Positions 19,506 through 28,068 of a DNA stretch of 64,000 nucleotides are shown here, piece by piece. This DNA is from Patescibacteria group bacterium (GTDB lineage Bacteria > Patescibacteriota > Patescibacteriia > Buchananbacterales > SURF-54). Position numbers and translations under genes: made by a program. Location of the stretch: assembly GCA_018818885.1 (NCBI GenBank), contig JAHIRB010000021.1, positions 12,461 through 76,460 on the forward strand, written 5' to 3'. How positions within the stretch are numbered: the stretch's first letter is position 1; each line of letters begins with the position of its first letter. Under the pieces are notes generated by a model that saw only the letters and a list, made by a program, of their open reading frames with translations, was not told the origin of the DNA and ran no database searches.

Positions 19506-20813
19506 ATGAAAATTAAAACAACAATTTTTCTTTTACTGATGCTAATAGTTGCCACTTTTATTTTTCATACTTTCTTTTTAGACAACTTCAATACGTCTGT
19601 TAGATATATCAATGATTATTGGGTGGATTTCGACCATGATGGGCAAGCTCTACTTGTTCACCATGACAAGGGCGTTTATGCCCTTAGGGGAGTTTGGTTT
19701 CCTAGAAAGCTTAGACCATATACGGATGTCTTTTCTGAATATCCAGAAATTGCCACCTATTTTTTTGCTATCCCATATTTCTTTATAAATACAACTGATG
19801 ATGCAACTATTTTATTTGAATACTCATTGGTTTTTTCTCTGTTAATGATGATTTTTTTAGCATTTACGATATCGCTACTTTACAAAATGAAACCAGAAAA
19901 AAAGTATCTAGCCTTTCTAATGTTGCTACCTGCCTCCCTTTACTTCAGCTATAATAGATACGATATAATCATAGCTTTCATAATGTTATTAAGCTTATTT
20001 TATCTAAGAGAAAAAAAATTCGGATTGGCAACATTAATTTTAGCAATAGGAGTTATGACAAAATGGTTTTTAATTATACTTTTTCCTATTTATCTAACAT
20101 ATTACTATTGGCAAAAAGAAAAAAATCACACCACACCTAATGCCATAATTCACAGCATAAAATTAATGTTGTATAAAATAAATTGGAAAATGATAACCAT
20201 CTTTGTGTTAACGATATCATTTATTATATTACCCACACTTTATTTTTCTGGCCTTAAAGGCTTTTTAATACCTTACGATTTTCATATGTCACGGGGAGTT
20301 AATGACCAAAGCTTTCTTTTCCAAATAACTTTTTTGCTTGACATGCTTAGCGATCAATTTAAAACCATCGGTTCAATTATTCATAGTCTCAATATACGCA
20401 CCTTATTATATGGCGTGTTTTTTGTGATGCAATTTTTCATTTCATTACTTGTAATAACGAGTAGGATTGATAGTTTTGAAAAAGTTATAAAGTGGTCTCT
20501 GCTATCTATTTTATTTTTTGTTTTGTTTGCCAAATTTTATTCTCCGCAATGGATATTATGGTTTAGTCCCTTGTTGATATATTTAGCCAAAAATAAAAAA
20601 GATGTATTCTTAATTGTTATTTTAGATTTGATTACTTATCTTTACTTTCCTGTTGTTTATGATATATACAAACATTCAATCGAATTAGTATTAATTTGTT
20701 CACTCATATCAATCATTCTAATAATTTTAATCTTTAGAACTTTTCCCCAGCTCATTAAAGATAACCACTTGCTATTCCCTAAAAACAAAAAACAGCCGTC
20801 ATCATTTTATTAA
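19506..20813 (+). CDS. GT87/DUF2029-like membrane glycosyltransferase, paralog of the previous gene
   Basis: PYTDVFSEYP, NRYDI, GVMTKW, KFYSPQWILWFSPL shared with 18252-19502. Confidence 0.85.
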   Translation: MKIKTTIFLLLMLIVATFIFHTFFLDNFNTSVRYINDYWVDFDHDGQALLVHHDKGVYALRGVWFPRKLRPYTDVFSEYPEIATYFFAIPYFFINTTDDATILFEYSLVFSLLMMIFLAFTISLLYKMKPEKKYLAFLMLLPASLYFSYNRYDIIIAFIMLLSLFYLREKKFGLATLILAIGVMTKWFLIILFPIYLTYYYWQKEKNHTTPNAIIHSIKLMLYKINWKMITIFVLTISFIILPTLYFSGLKGFLIPYDFHMSRGVNDQSFLFQITFLLDMLSDQFKTIGSIIHSLNIRTLLYGVFFVMQFFISLLVITSRIDSFEKVIKWSLLSILFFVLFAKFYSPQWILWFSPLLIYLAKNKKDVFLIVILDLITYLYFPVVYDIYKHSIELVLICSLISIILIILIFRTFPQLIKDNHLLFPKNKKQPSSFY

Positions 20814-20874
20814 TTTGACCGCTTTAAAGACTTAATTAAAGACAATAGATACTATTTAGAAAACAAGTCTTAAA

Positions 20875-21822
20875 CTAAACTTGTAATCCTGATAAATTAT
20901 TCTCTTTATGTTTATTTAAATTTTCCACAAATTTTTTATCAATAGTAGACAACGCCTTTACATCTTCATCAAGCAAAACTTTCGGATCTACGTACCGAAA
21001 TTTTTTTATAATTTTTTTTCCTAGCAGTTGATTAACTTCTTTAAGATGTGCGTTTTCTAAAATGTCAATCAAATCTTTCCTATTACTTTTATATAATTTA
21101 TTCATTACAAATTGATCGTCAACAAACAAATCGTCTTTAACGATTATTTGATCATCTAACGCCATCTTTAAAACTTTTGCCATTTTCAAATGACGCGAAG
21201 AAGCGTCTAGGCCTCCCCAATGTTCTGTCTGTAATCTTAAAAAAGTATCAGCAAAAACTTTCGCCAAATCAAACCTTTTAAACACAATTTCGTTATCTAT
21301 AACTGCGAGATTGTTTAAAATATCTTGAGACAAGCCTGGATTAGCCCAAATTTCAAATTCCCGCAAAGCATAATCAATATTATCAGCACTTGCGTTGGGA
21401 ATATTGCTTTTGATTATTGAAAAGCTATCAACATCGACTATCTCTTTTTGATCGTAGTTGTAATTCTTTATGATATTTTTGGTATCAGAGTTTTCAAAGT
21501 ATTCATCTACGATAGTGTCGTGAAAATCTTCATTTTCCTCATGTCCAAGCGCATAATCAACACAATGAGAAAACGCGGTATGAGAGATATCATGCAGTAA
21601 ACCAGCAATTTGAGTTTTTAAATCTGCCCCTAGTTTTTTTAAAAGTAACATTACGCCCACAGAATGCTCAAAACGACTAAATCCTGGGTATGGATAATTT
21701 TCATTATGCCAACCATATTGTGCTACACCCTTTAATCGTTGCATTGATTTACTTTCAATCAAATCTATTAATACTTGGTCGCTAACTTCACACTTGCCGT
21801 ATATTGGATCTTGAATAAGCAT
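20875..21822 (-). CDS. HD-domain phosphohydrolase
   Basis: DPIYG, MQRLKGVAQ, SRFEHSVG, GLLHDISHTAFSH, ADNIDY. Confidence 0.9.
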   Translation of the reverse strand: MLIQDPIYGKCEVSDQVLIDLIESKSMQRLKGVAQYGWHNENYPYPGFSRFEHSVGVMLLLKKLGADLKTQIAGLLHDISHTAFSHCVDYALGHEENEDFHDTIVDEYFENSDTKNIIKNYNYDQKEIVDVDSFSIIKSNIPNASADNIDYALREFEIWANPGLSQDILNNLAVIDNEIVFKRFDLAKVFADTFLRLQTEHWGGLDASSRHLKMAKVLKMALDDQIIVKDDLFVDDQFVMNKLYKSNRKDLIDILENAHLKEVNQLLGKKIIKKFRYVDPKVLLDEDVKALSTIDKKFVENLNKHKENNLSGLQV

Positions 21823-22921
21823 TTTTTAATTCTTTAATATTTTTAATTATAATATCAAAACCATACGCAGAAAATATTATTAATACAGGCATTAGAATTA
21901 CATCGCGTGTAGGGCTATAACCTAAATGTGCATCAACAAAAGAAGGGATAGCTGCACCTAACACAAACCATAAAATCAAAAACTTATAACTTGATTTTAG
22001 CTTGTCACTTAACATAGAAAATATTGCGATCAGTATAAAAAATACATCCCAAAAATAAACTAAACCGTAAAAATAATTTCCTCCTCGTGTCAGTAAAGTC
22101 AAAATATTAAAGTGTAATAAGTAATTGAGACTGTAATTTATTGGTATCATCATACCTTCATAAATATTCAAAACTGAAACACCACTAAAACGAGTGTGCG
22201 AAAGTGAGGGTAAATCAAAAAATAAAAACTTATCAAATCCCAAAATATTAAATTGATTCTTTAAATAAAAAAGTACTATCGGTAAACTAAAGAGAAACAT
22301 AACAGCAATACCTGCGCTAAAAAATCTTTTATTAATCTGCTTGTGATAAATAAAACAAATGATCGCAATTAATAATGGTACAAACATAAAACTTACTGCG
22401 TAAGTATAAAAAGAAAGTGCTAATAGCAAAAAACTAATGATGTAATAAACTACTTTTTTATTATTAATACCTAATAGAATAAATAATATGGCTGCAGTAT
22501 AAATTAAAGGTAATAGATATGCATTAAAGCCGATAACAGACGTTCTGATACTCCAGGGGTTAATAAGTGCAAATGCTGCTGCTATAACTGCCACCTCTTG
22601 ATTAAATAATAATTTAACAAAATGAAATAAAACAAACACAAATAGAAGGTTTGCCAGCAAAATAAGTACTCTAAAAATAACGATTGGATGCAAATTAGAG
22701 AATATTTTGATAAATGGTAATGCTAAATAAGCTAAAGTAGTATTTTCTCCCCAGCCAAAACCATAAAAATGTACTGGGACATTTTGCAACGTTATTGACT
22801 TGACCCCTTGGACGAGTTGATACTCATCAACTTCAAAATCTATACTAATAATAAAATAAATTCTGACTAATATTCCCAAAACTAAAATTAATACTAGAAA
22901 CAATTTTAATCTTTTTGACAT
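21788..22921 (-). CDS. ArnT/PMT-like GT-C glycosyltransferase
   Basis: R...VDE motif after TM1, NPWSIRTS, LSFYTY; ATG at 22921 preferred over TTG 22969. Confidence 0.75.
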   Translation of the reverse strand: MSKRLKLFLVLILVLGILVRIYFIISIDFEVDEYQLVQGVKSITLQNVPVHFYGFGWGENTTLAYLALPFIKIFSNLHPIVIFRVLILLANLLFVFVLFHFVKLLFNQEVAVIAAAFALINPWSIRTSVIGFNAYLLPLIYTAAILFILLGINNKKVVYYIISFLLLALSFYTYAVSFMFVPLLIAIICFIYHKQINKRFFSAGIAVMFLFSLPIVLFYLKNQFNILGFDKFLFFDLPSLSHTRFSGVSVLNIYEGMMIPINYSLNYLLHFNILTLLTRGGNYFYGLVYFWDVFFILIAIFSMLSDKLKSSYKFLILWFVLGAAIPSFVDAHLGYSPTRDVILMPVLIIFSAYGFDIIIKNIKELKNAYSRSNIRQV

Positions 22922-23164
22922 AAATTTAAATAATTTTGATAAAGCAAAAATAACAAATATTCTGTACAAAACGAAAAGGGGCGAGATTCCTCGTCAAAGG
23001 CGAGTGTGCCTCCCGTTCAGGGTCTGAGACCCTTCAGAGTCGAATGACTGGCACAGAGCCCACATTTAATTATCCACATTAGATTTTTTATCAATCCCGT
23101 ATAAAACGGAAGAGGCGAGATTCGAACTCTCGCGAGGGTATTACTACCCCACGGCTTTTCGAGA

Positions 23165-23282
23165 CCCCGTAGAAGAGCGGTGGGGGTGGGATTTGAACCC
23201 ACGGTCCACTTTCGTGAACAACGGTTTTCGAAACCGTCCCATTAAGCCGCTCTGGCACCCCACCGCTCTTCTACGGGGCATG
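23165..23282 (-). mobile_element. IR-bounded tRNA-Ser cassette (inner)
   Basis: CATG + CCCCGTAGAAGAGC [tRNA] GCTCTTCTACGGGG; perfect 14-bp IR; removal rejoins CGGC|T of the host anticodon stem. Confidence 0.75.
23178..23264 (-). tRNA. tRNA-Ser(CGA), intact, innermost copy
   Basis: GGTGGGG/CCCCACC acceptor, ACGGT-TTCGAAA-ACCGT anticodon arm, long variable arm, GTGGG-TTCAAAT-CCCAC T-arm, G73. Confidence 0.92.
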
Positions 23283-23364
23283 GCCGCGCTCTTGCCCTGT
23301 AAAATCCAAAAGATTTTTACGGGGTTAAACCACTCAGCCACCCTTCCGTTTTCTACGGGACAAG

Positions 23365-23428
23365 CCAGCACATTAGACCACTCTGCTTGCCCGCCGAAGC
23401 TTGGAGAGCGCAGGCGGGCCAACCCTCC
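23365..23428 (-). pseudogene. 5' half of a third tRNA-Ser-like gene with a palindromic insert
   Basis: GGAGGGTTGG|33-nt insert 23386-23418|CAGAGTGGTCTAATGTGCTGG; preceded by CGCAGAAGAGC, a decayed IR arm. Confidence 0.7.
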
Positions 23429-23533
23429 GCTCTTCTGCGAAAACGTACAGATATCCTCCTTTAAAACATTTATATCTTATCACCTAAATTGACTAATTAA
23501 AAGTTTATAAATTTAAATATTTGTGGTATAATT

Positions 23534-24370
23534 TTGTATATGAAAAAAATAAAAAAAGTAGTAATTCCAGCTGCAGGACTCGGCACTAGATTCTTACCCG
23601 CTGCTAAAGCACAACCTAAGGAAATGTTAACTATTGTTGATAAACCCTTAATTCAATATATTGTAGAAGAGGCGGTTGCTGCAGGTATCGAAGATGTAAT
23701 CATTGTCACAGGCCAAAGCAAGCGTGCAATTGAAGATCATTTTGATAGAAATATTGAATTAGAAAATACCTTAAAACGAAATGGCAAAGCAAAACTTGCA
23801 AACGAAATGAAAAAAATTGCAGAAATGGCAAACTTTATTTACATTCGTCAAAAAGGTCCTTATGGCAATGGCACACCTATTCTTAATGCTAAACATTTGA
23901 TTGGTGACGAACCATTTGCGGTTTTGTGGGGTGATGATCTATTTTTAGGTAAAGAACCGCGACTCAAACAACTCATTAAAGTTTTTAATAAATATGGGGA
24001 CCCAGTAATTAATGCCGTTAATATTGATAACGAAGGAACAAAAAAGTATGGAGTTATTGATGGACTTCAAGTAGAAAAAAATGTTTTTCAACTAAAAACA
24101 ATTATTGAAAAACCAGGGCCTAAAAAAGCACCATCACGAATTGGTGCTGTTGGTGGCTTTGTTTTAACTCCTGATATATTCGAGATTCTAGAAAAAACAC
24201 CTTTAGGAAAAGGCGGCGAGCTGTGGCTAGTTGATGCAATATTTAGATTAATGAAGAAACGACCAGTCTATGCATGCAGAGTTGATGCGGAATATTATGA
24301 TATTGGTTCACCACTAGGTTGGCTAAAAGCTAATATGGCAGTAGCAAAAAAACAAAAAATGAAAATATAA
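23534..24370 (+). CDS. galU: UTP--glucose-1-phosphate uridylyltransferase
   Basis: VIPAAGLGTRFLPAAKAQPKEML, KRAIEDHFD, GKGGELWLVDAI; likely start ATG 23540. Confidence 0.95.
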   Translation: MYMKKIKKVVIPAAGLGTRFLPAAKAQPKEMLTIVDKPLIQYIVEEAVAAGIEDVIIVTGQSKRAIEDHFDRNIELENTLKRNGKAKLANEMKKIAEMANFIYIRQKGPYGNGTPILNAKHLIGDEPFAVLWGDDLFLGKEPRLKQLIKVFNKYGDPVINAVNIDNEGTKKYGVIDGLQVEKNVFQLKTIIEKPGPKKAPSRIGAVGGFVLTPDIFEILEKTPLGKGGELWLVDAIFRLMKKRPVYACRVDAEYYDIGSPLGWLKANMAVAKKQKMKI

Positions 24371-24371
24371 T

Positions 24372-25751
24372 ATGAAAAAACAATATCAAAAAATATCAAT
24401 TCTATCTCTGCTGGCAGTTTTTGTTTTAGTCTCTGGTTTTAGTTGCCGTTGCATGTCCAAAGAAGAAAAACAAGCACTACAACCCATTGTTTTAAATTAC
24501 TGGCGTGCGTGGGACGATACTTCTGATTTTCAAGAAATTATAAATGCTTATCAAACACTCCATCCAAATATCACTATCAACTATAGAAAATTGAGATATC
24601 AAGAATACGAAAATGAATTATTGAATGCCTGGGCAGAAGATAGAGGCCCTGACATTTTTTCCATTCGTAATACCTGGGTTAGGGATTACCAAAATAAAAT
24701 CCTGCCATTGCCACCAGAAATTACCATGGCATATCAGTTCACACAAAAAGCACTTGGTATAAAACAAGAAACCATCATTGAAGTAAGAAAAGAAAAGAGT
24801 TTAACACCAACAGATCTAGCAAATAACTTTTTAGATGTAGTAAACCGTGATGCTGTTGTCGACGGAAAAATATGGGGACTACCTTTAAGCGTGGATACAT
24901 TAGTAATGTATTACAATAGAGATTTATTAAATAATGCAGGAATTGCTCTACCACCAACAGAATGGCGACAGTTTCAAAGTGATATTAAAAAAATCACCTT
25001 GCTAAATCGTGATAATACTATTATTCAAGCCGGCGCTGCTTTAGGCACAGGACGAAATGTACTACACGCATCAGATATAATTTCTCTTTTAATGATGCAA
25101 AACGGGGCGCAAATGGTAGATCCAAGTGGTCGAGTTACTTTTCAAAACATTCCCGAAAGTCAAAAGGGTAGTAATTACAACCCAGGTATTGAAGCAGTAA
25201 AATTTTACACTGATTTTGCACTGCCATCGCGAGAAGTTTATTCCTGGAACTCAACAATGCCAGATTCTCGAAAAGCCTTTGCTCAAGGCTTGGTTGGGTT
25301 CTACTTTGGCTATTCTTCTGACATGGAATACATCGAGGCAAACAGTAAAGGGAAAATTCATTACAACTTAACTAAAATACCACAGATAGAAGGTAACCCA
25401 GAAATTAATTTTGCTAACTATTGGTTAGAAGTGGTTTCTAAAAAAAGTGGCCACCTGAACGAAGCCTGGGATTTTATTCAATTTGCCACGCAAGCGCAGC
25501 AAGCAAAAAAATATCTTGTAGCAACAAAACAGCCAACTGCTCTAAGATCATTAGTCGACGAACAAAAAAATAGTGAGGACATGAATGTTTTTGGATCACA
25601 ACTTTTAACTACGCGAACATGGTATAGAGGCAAAAATGCTAAAAGCGCAGATAATATTTTAATCGAAATGATTGATTCAATTCTGCAGGGCGCAGATCCA
25701 GTAAAGGCAGTTCCCCTGGCTGCAGAAAAAGTTCAACAGACAATCCGGTAA
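24372..25751 (+). CDS. extracellular sugar-binding lipoprotein (SBP family 1)
   Basis: VSGFSC lipobox-like, GPDIF, GLPLSVDTLVMYYNRDLL, AWDFIQF. Confidence 0.88.
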   Translation: MKKQYQKISILSLLAVFVLVSGFSCRCMSKEEKQALQPIVLNYWRAWDDTSDFQEIINAYQTLHPNITINYRKLRYQEYENELLNAWAEDRGPDIFSIRNTWVRDYQNKILPLPPEITMAYQFTQKALGIKQETIIEVRKEKSLTPTDLANNFLDVVNRDAVVDGKIWGLPLSVDTLVMYYNRDLLNNAGIALPPTEWRQFQSDIKKITLLNRDNTIIQAGAALGTGRNVLHASDIISLLMMQNGAQMVDPSGRVTFQNIPESQKGSNYNPGIEAVKFYTDFALPSREVYSWNSTMPDSRKAFAQGLVGFYFGYSSDMEYIEANSKGKIHYNLTKIPQIEGNPEINFANYWLEVVSKKSGHLNEAWDFIQFATQAQQAKKYLVATKQPTALRSLVDEQKNSEDMNVFGSQLLTTRTWYRGKNAKSADNILIEMIDSILQGADPVKAVPLAAEKVQQTIR

Positions 25752-25754
25752 AGT

Positions 25755-25862
25755 ACAAATTACGAATCAATACAAATATACGAATTGGAATAAAGATATA
25801 AAAATATTGAATATAAAAATAAATTCGTGATTTGTATATTCGTATAAAATTTGTAATTAGTA
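25755..25862. repeat. low-complexity inverted repeat element
   Basis: ACAAATTACGAAT/ACAAATATACGAAT arms opposite ATTCGTGATTTGTATATTCGTA. Confidence 0.6.
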
Positions 25863-25872
25863 ACTTGAACAT

Positions 25873-26541
25873 ATGTTTACAAAAAATATAAAAATTCTAC
25901 TAGCATTATCTGTAATTTTATTATTGACTTTTGCGCTTGGTATCAAAACTGCAGATGCTGGGTGTTGTTTTTGCGAAGATGAAGTACCTGAATCTGCAGA
26001 TCAAGAAAGTGATTGCCGTGATGAATGTGTTTTTGAAAATGACGACAGTGTTTGTAGTCAAGTATCAACTTGCCAGAATAATCCGACAGCTCCTGGGTGC
26101 ACATCCAAAAATTGGGTAGAACAAATTGTTGGTGGACCGTTGATACCTTATGGCTGTACTACTTCATGTATAGAATGGGGGTCTGACGACAAATGTACAA
26201 ATCCCAAAGGTGCTGGGGAATGTGGATTTAATGATGTTGTAAAAATGATTGCCAACTTTTCTAAATTGCTCTTAGGCGTGGTTGGTAGCTTGGCTCTTCT
26301 AATGTTTATCTACGGTGGTTTAATGTTTGTTATTGCAGAAGGTAAAGAGGAAAGAATTCAAAAAGCAAAAGATGTCTTAAAGAATGCAGCTATTGGTTTA
26401 CTTATTGTGTTTACTGCTTGGATAATTGTTAATGTGGTCATTGCGGCGTTGACTGGACAATCCATTGGAGAACCCGCTGATCTATTCAAACAAGGCACTA
26501 CTGGACAAGGTACGCCCTGGAACCAACCTTCAGCAAATTAA
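25873..26541 (+). CDS. VirB2/TrbC-like pilin with Cys-rich N-terminal extension
   Basis: Signal peptide, 11 Cys, then LMFIYGGLMFVIAEGKEERIQKAK...AAIGLLIV pilin core. Confidence 0.85.
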   Translation: MFTKNIKILLALSVILLLTFALGIKTADAGCCFCEDEVPESADQESDCRDECVFENDDSVCSQVSTCQNNPTAPGCTSKNWVEQIVGGPLIPYGCTTSCIEWGSDDKCTNPKGAGECGFNDVVKMIANFSKLLLGVVGSLALLMFIYGGLMFVIAEGKEERIQKAKDVLKNAAIGLLIVFTAWIIVNVVIAALTGQSIGEPADLFKQGTTGQGTPWNQPSAN

Positions 26542-26568
26542 TATAATCCTACATATCCACACCACCTG

Positions 26569-26598
26569 TTGACAAATTAGGGATAAAGTTGTTATAAT
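26569..26598 (+). promoter_or_regulatory. consensus sigma70 promoter of the major pilin pair
   Basis: TTGACA-18-TATAAT with extended TGn. Confidence 0.75.
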
Positions 26599-26661
26599 AT
26601 ACACAGTTTAATATTACTATTTAGTATAAGTTGGAGGAACTTAATAATTTTATACAAAAAC

Positions 26662-27018
26662 ATGCGAAAACTAACATTTTTCCTAACAGTATTAGCTGTT
26701 TTCACTTTAACAGCTGTACCAGTATTAGCACTTGATTGGGGCTCTGGCTATCTTTCTGCAACCGGTTTAGGAACCAAAGAACTACGAGAATCAGTAATGA
26801 GCATTGTTAATGTCGCCTTAGGATTTTTAGGCATATTGGCAATTTTAATCATCCTATGGGGTGGCTTTGTTTGGCTAACAGCTGGCGGGGATGAAAGTAA
26901 AGTAGAAAGTGCAAAAAAAATCATTACTGGTGGAGTAGTTGGGCTGGTTATTATCCTTTCCGCACTGGCAATTACCAACTTCGTAGTTGCACAAATATTG
27001 AATGCTACTGGTGCATAA
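26662..27018 (+). CDS. VirB2/TrbC-like pilin
   Basis: Signal peptide, IILWGGFVWLTAGGDESKVESAKKII. Confidence 0.9.
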   Translation: MRKLTFFLTVLAVFTLTAVPVLALDWGSGYLSATGLGTKELRESVMSIVNVALGFLGILAILIILWGGFVWLTAGGDESKVESAKKIITGGVVGLVIILSALAITNFVVAQILNATGA

Positions 27019-27158
27019 ACAGTTTAATATTTAAACTTAACCCTAATATTTCCTCAAATAAAATATTAAGAATTAATTGTTTAGCTCTTTAAATAATTAA
27101 TGACGATTTATTATTAATAAAGAGTTAAGCGAGGAAAAAGGAAGGGGGTGAAAAAGAA

Positions 27159-27515
27159 ATGAAAAAACTTACTATATTTGCTACAACTGTAGCAGTATTT
27201 ACCCTAACAGTTATGCCAGTATTGGCATTAGATCTAGGAACTGGTTACTTATCAGCAACCGGTTTAGGAACCAAAGAACTTAGAGAATCAGTAATGAGTA
27301 TTGTTAATGTCGCCTTAGGATTCTTAGGTATATTGGCAATTTTAATCATCCTATGGGGTGGTTTTAGATGGTTGACTGCTGGAGGATCAGAAGATAAAGT
27401 TGGCGAAGCAAAAAAGATTATTGTTGCTGGAATTATTGGCTTAGTCATTATTCTATCAGCATTAGCAATTACTACATTTGTTGTATCGAACATACTAACT
27501 GCAACAGGAGCATAA
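27159..27515 (+). CDS. VirB2/TrbC-like pilin, close paralog of 26662-27018
   Basis: Identical GYLSATGLGTKELRESVMSIVNVALGFLGILAILIILWGGF block; strong SD GGGGGTG. Confidence 0.9.
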   Translation: MKKLTIFATTVAVFTLTVMPVLALDLGTGYLSATGLGTKELRESVMSIVNVALGFLGILAILIILWGGFRWLTAGGSEDKVGEAKKIIVAGIIGLVIILSALAITTFVVSNILTATGA

Positions 27516-27540
27516 CACTAACCTTAACTATAATTTTGTT

Positions 27541-27566
27541 AAAGACCCGGAGAAATCCGGGTCTTT
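27541..27566 (+). terminator. rho-independent terminator
   Basis: AAAGACCCGGA-GAAA-TCCGGGTCTTT. Confidence 0.85.
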
Positions 27567-27632
27567 ACTTATTGATTATAATAGTGTATAAATCCCCTTA
27601 TTTTTTCATAGATTTTGTAGTATAATAAAGAT

Positions 27633-28049
27633 ATGAAAATACTTCATAAAAATACCTATAAAATTGTTGTGATCTTACCATTGTTGGTATATTTGTGTTT
27701 AACCTTACTGATACCAGCTGTAGTTTTTGCAAGTCCAAGTGATGATAATTATGGCCTAGACACAACTGTTGATACAGGAGGAGTTACTGAATTTGCTGGC
27801 AAAGAAAGTGATCTAAGCAAAATGGCCGGACAATTTATAAATTACGTTTTGGGAATAGTTGGTACTATCTTTTTTCTTGTCATTCTAATTGGCGGCTATA
27901 GATGGATGACAGCAGGTGGTAGCGAAGAAAAAGTTGGTGCAGCAAAAAAGATTATTGTGCAAGGTATTTTCGGTATGTTAGCTATCTTTTTAGCTTATGC
28001 ATTAGCCTTTGCTATAATACAAGCATTGACTACGGCAATAAAACCTTAA
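27633..28049 (+). CDS. VirB2/TrbC-like pilin
   Basis: GGYRWMTAGGSEEKVGAAKKII. Confidence 0.88.
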   Translation: MKILHKNTYKIVVILPLLVYLCLTLLIPAVVFASPSDDNYGLDTTVDTGGVTEFAGKESDLSKMAGQFINYVLGIVGTIFFLVILIGGYRWMTAGGSEEKVGAAKKIIVQGIFGMLAIFLAYALAFAIIQALTTAIKP

Positions 28050-28068
28050 TAATGAATATTGCGATGAG

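Larger units (their letters stand above)
23107..23347 (-). pseudogene. interrupted tRNA-Ser(CGA) (middle copy)
   Basis: Removing 23291-23324 and 23165-23282 gives GGAAGGGTGGCTGAGTGGTTTAAAGCGCGGCTCTCGAAAAGCCGTGGGGTAGTAATACCCTCGCGAGAGTTCGAATCTCGCCTCTTCCG, a full cloverleaf with one T-stem mismatch. Confidence 0.85.
23095..23364 (-). mobile_element. IR-bounded tRNA-Ser cassette (middle)
   Basis: CTTG + TCCCGTAGAAAAC [tRNA] GTTTTATACGGGA (12/13 IR). Confidence 0.7.

Noticed and set aside
23095-23364. group I intron or archaeal bulge-helix-bulge intron explanation for the tRNA inserts
   Set aside because: Too short and no group I core; no convincing BHB at the junctions; inserts occur in both orientations. 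Not fully excluded without RNA data.
23017-23492. three short ORFs (23017-23202, 23144-23422, 23193-23492)
   Set aside because: They are translations of GC-rich tRNA and palindrome sequence, with no protein features
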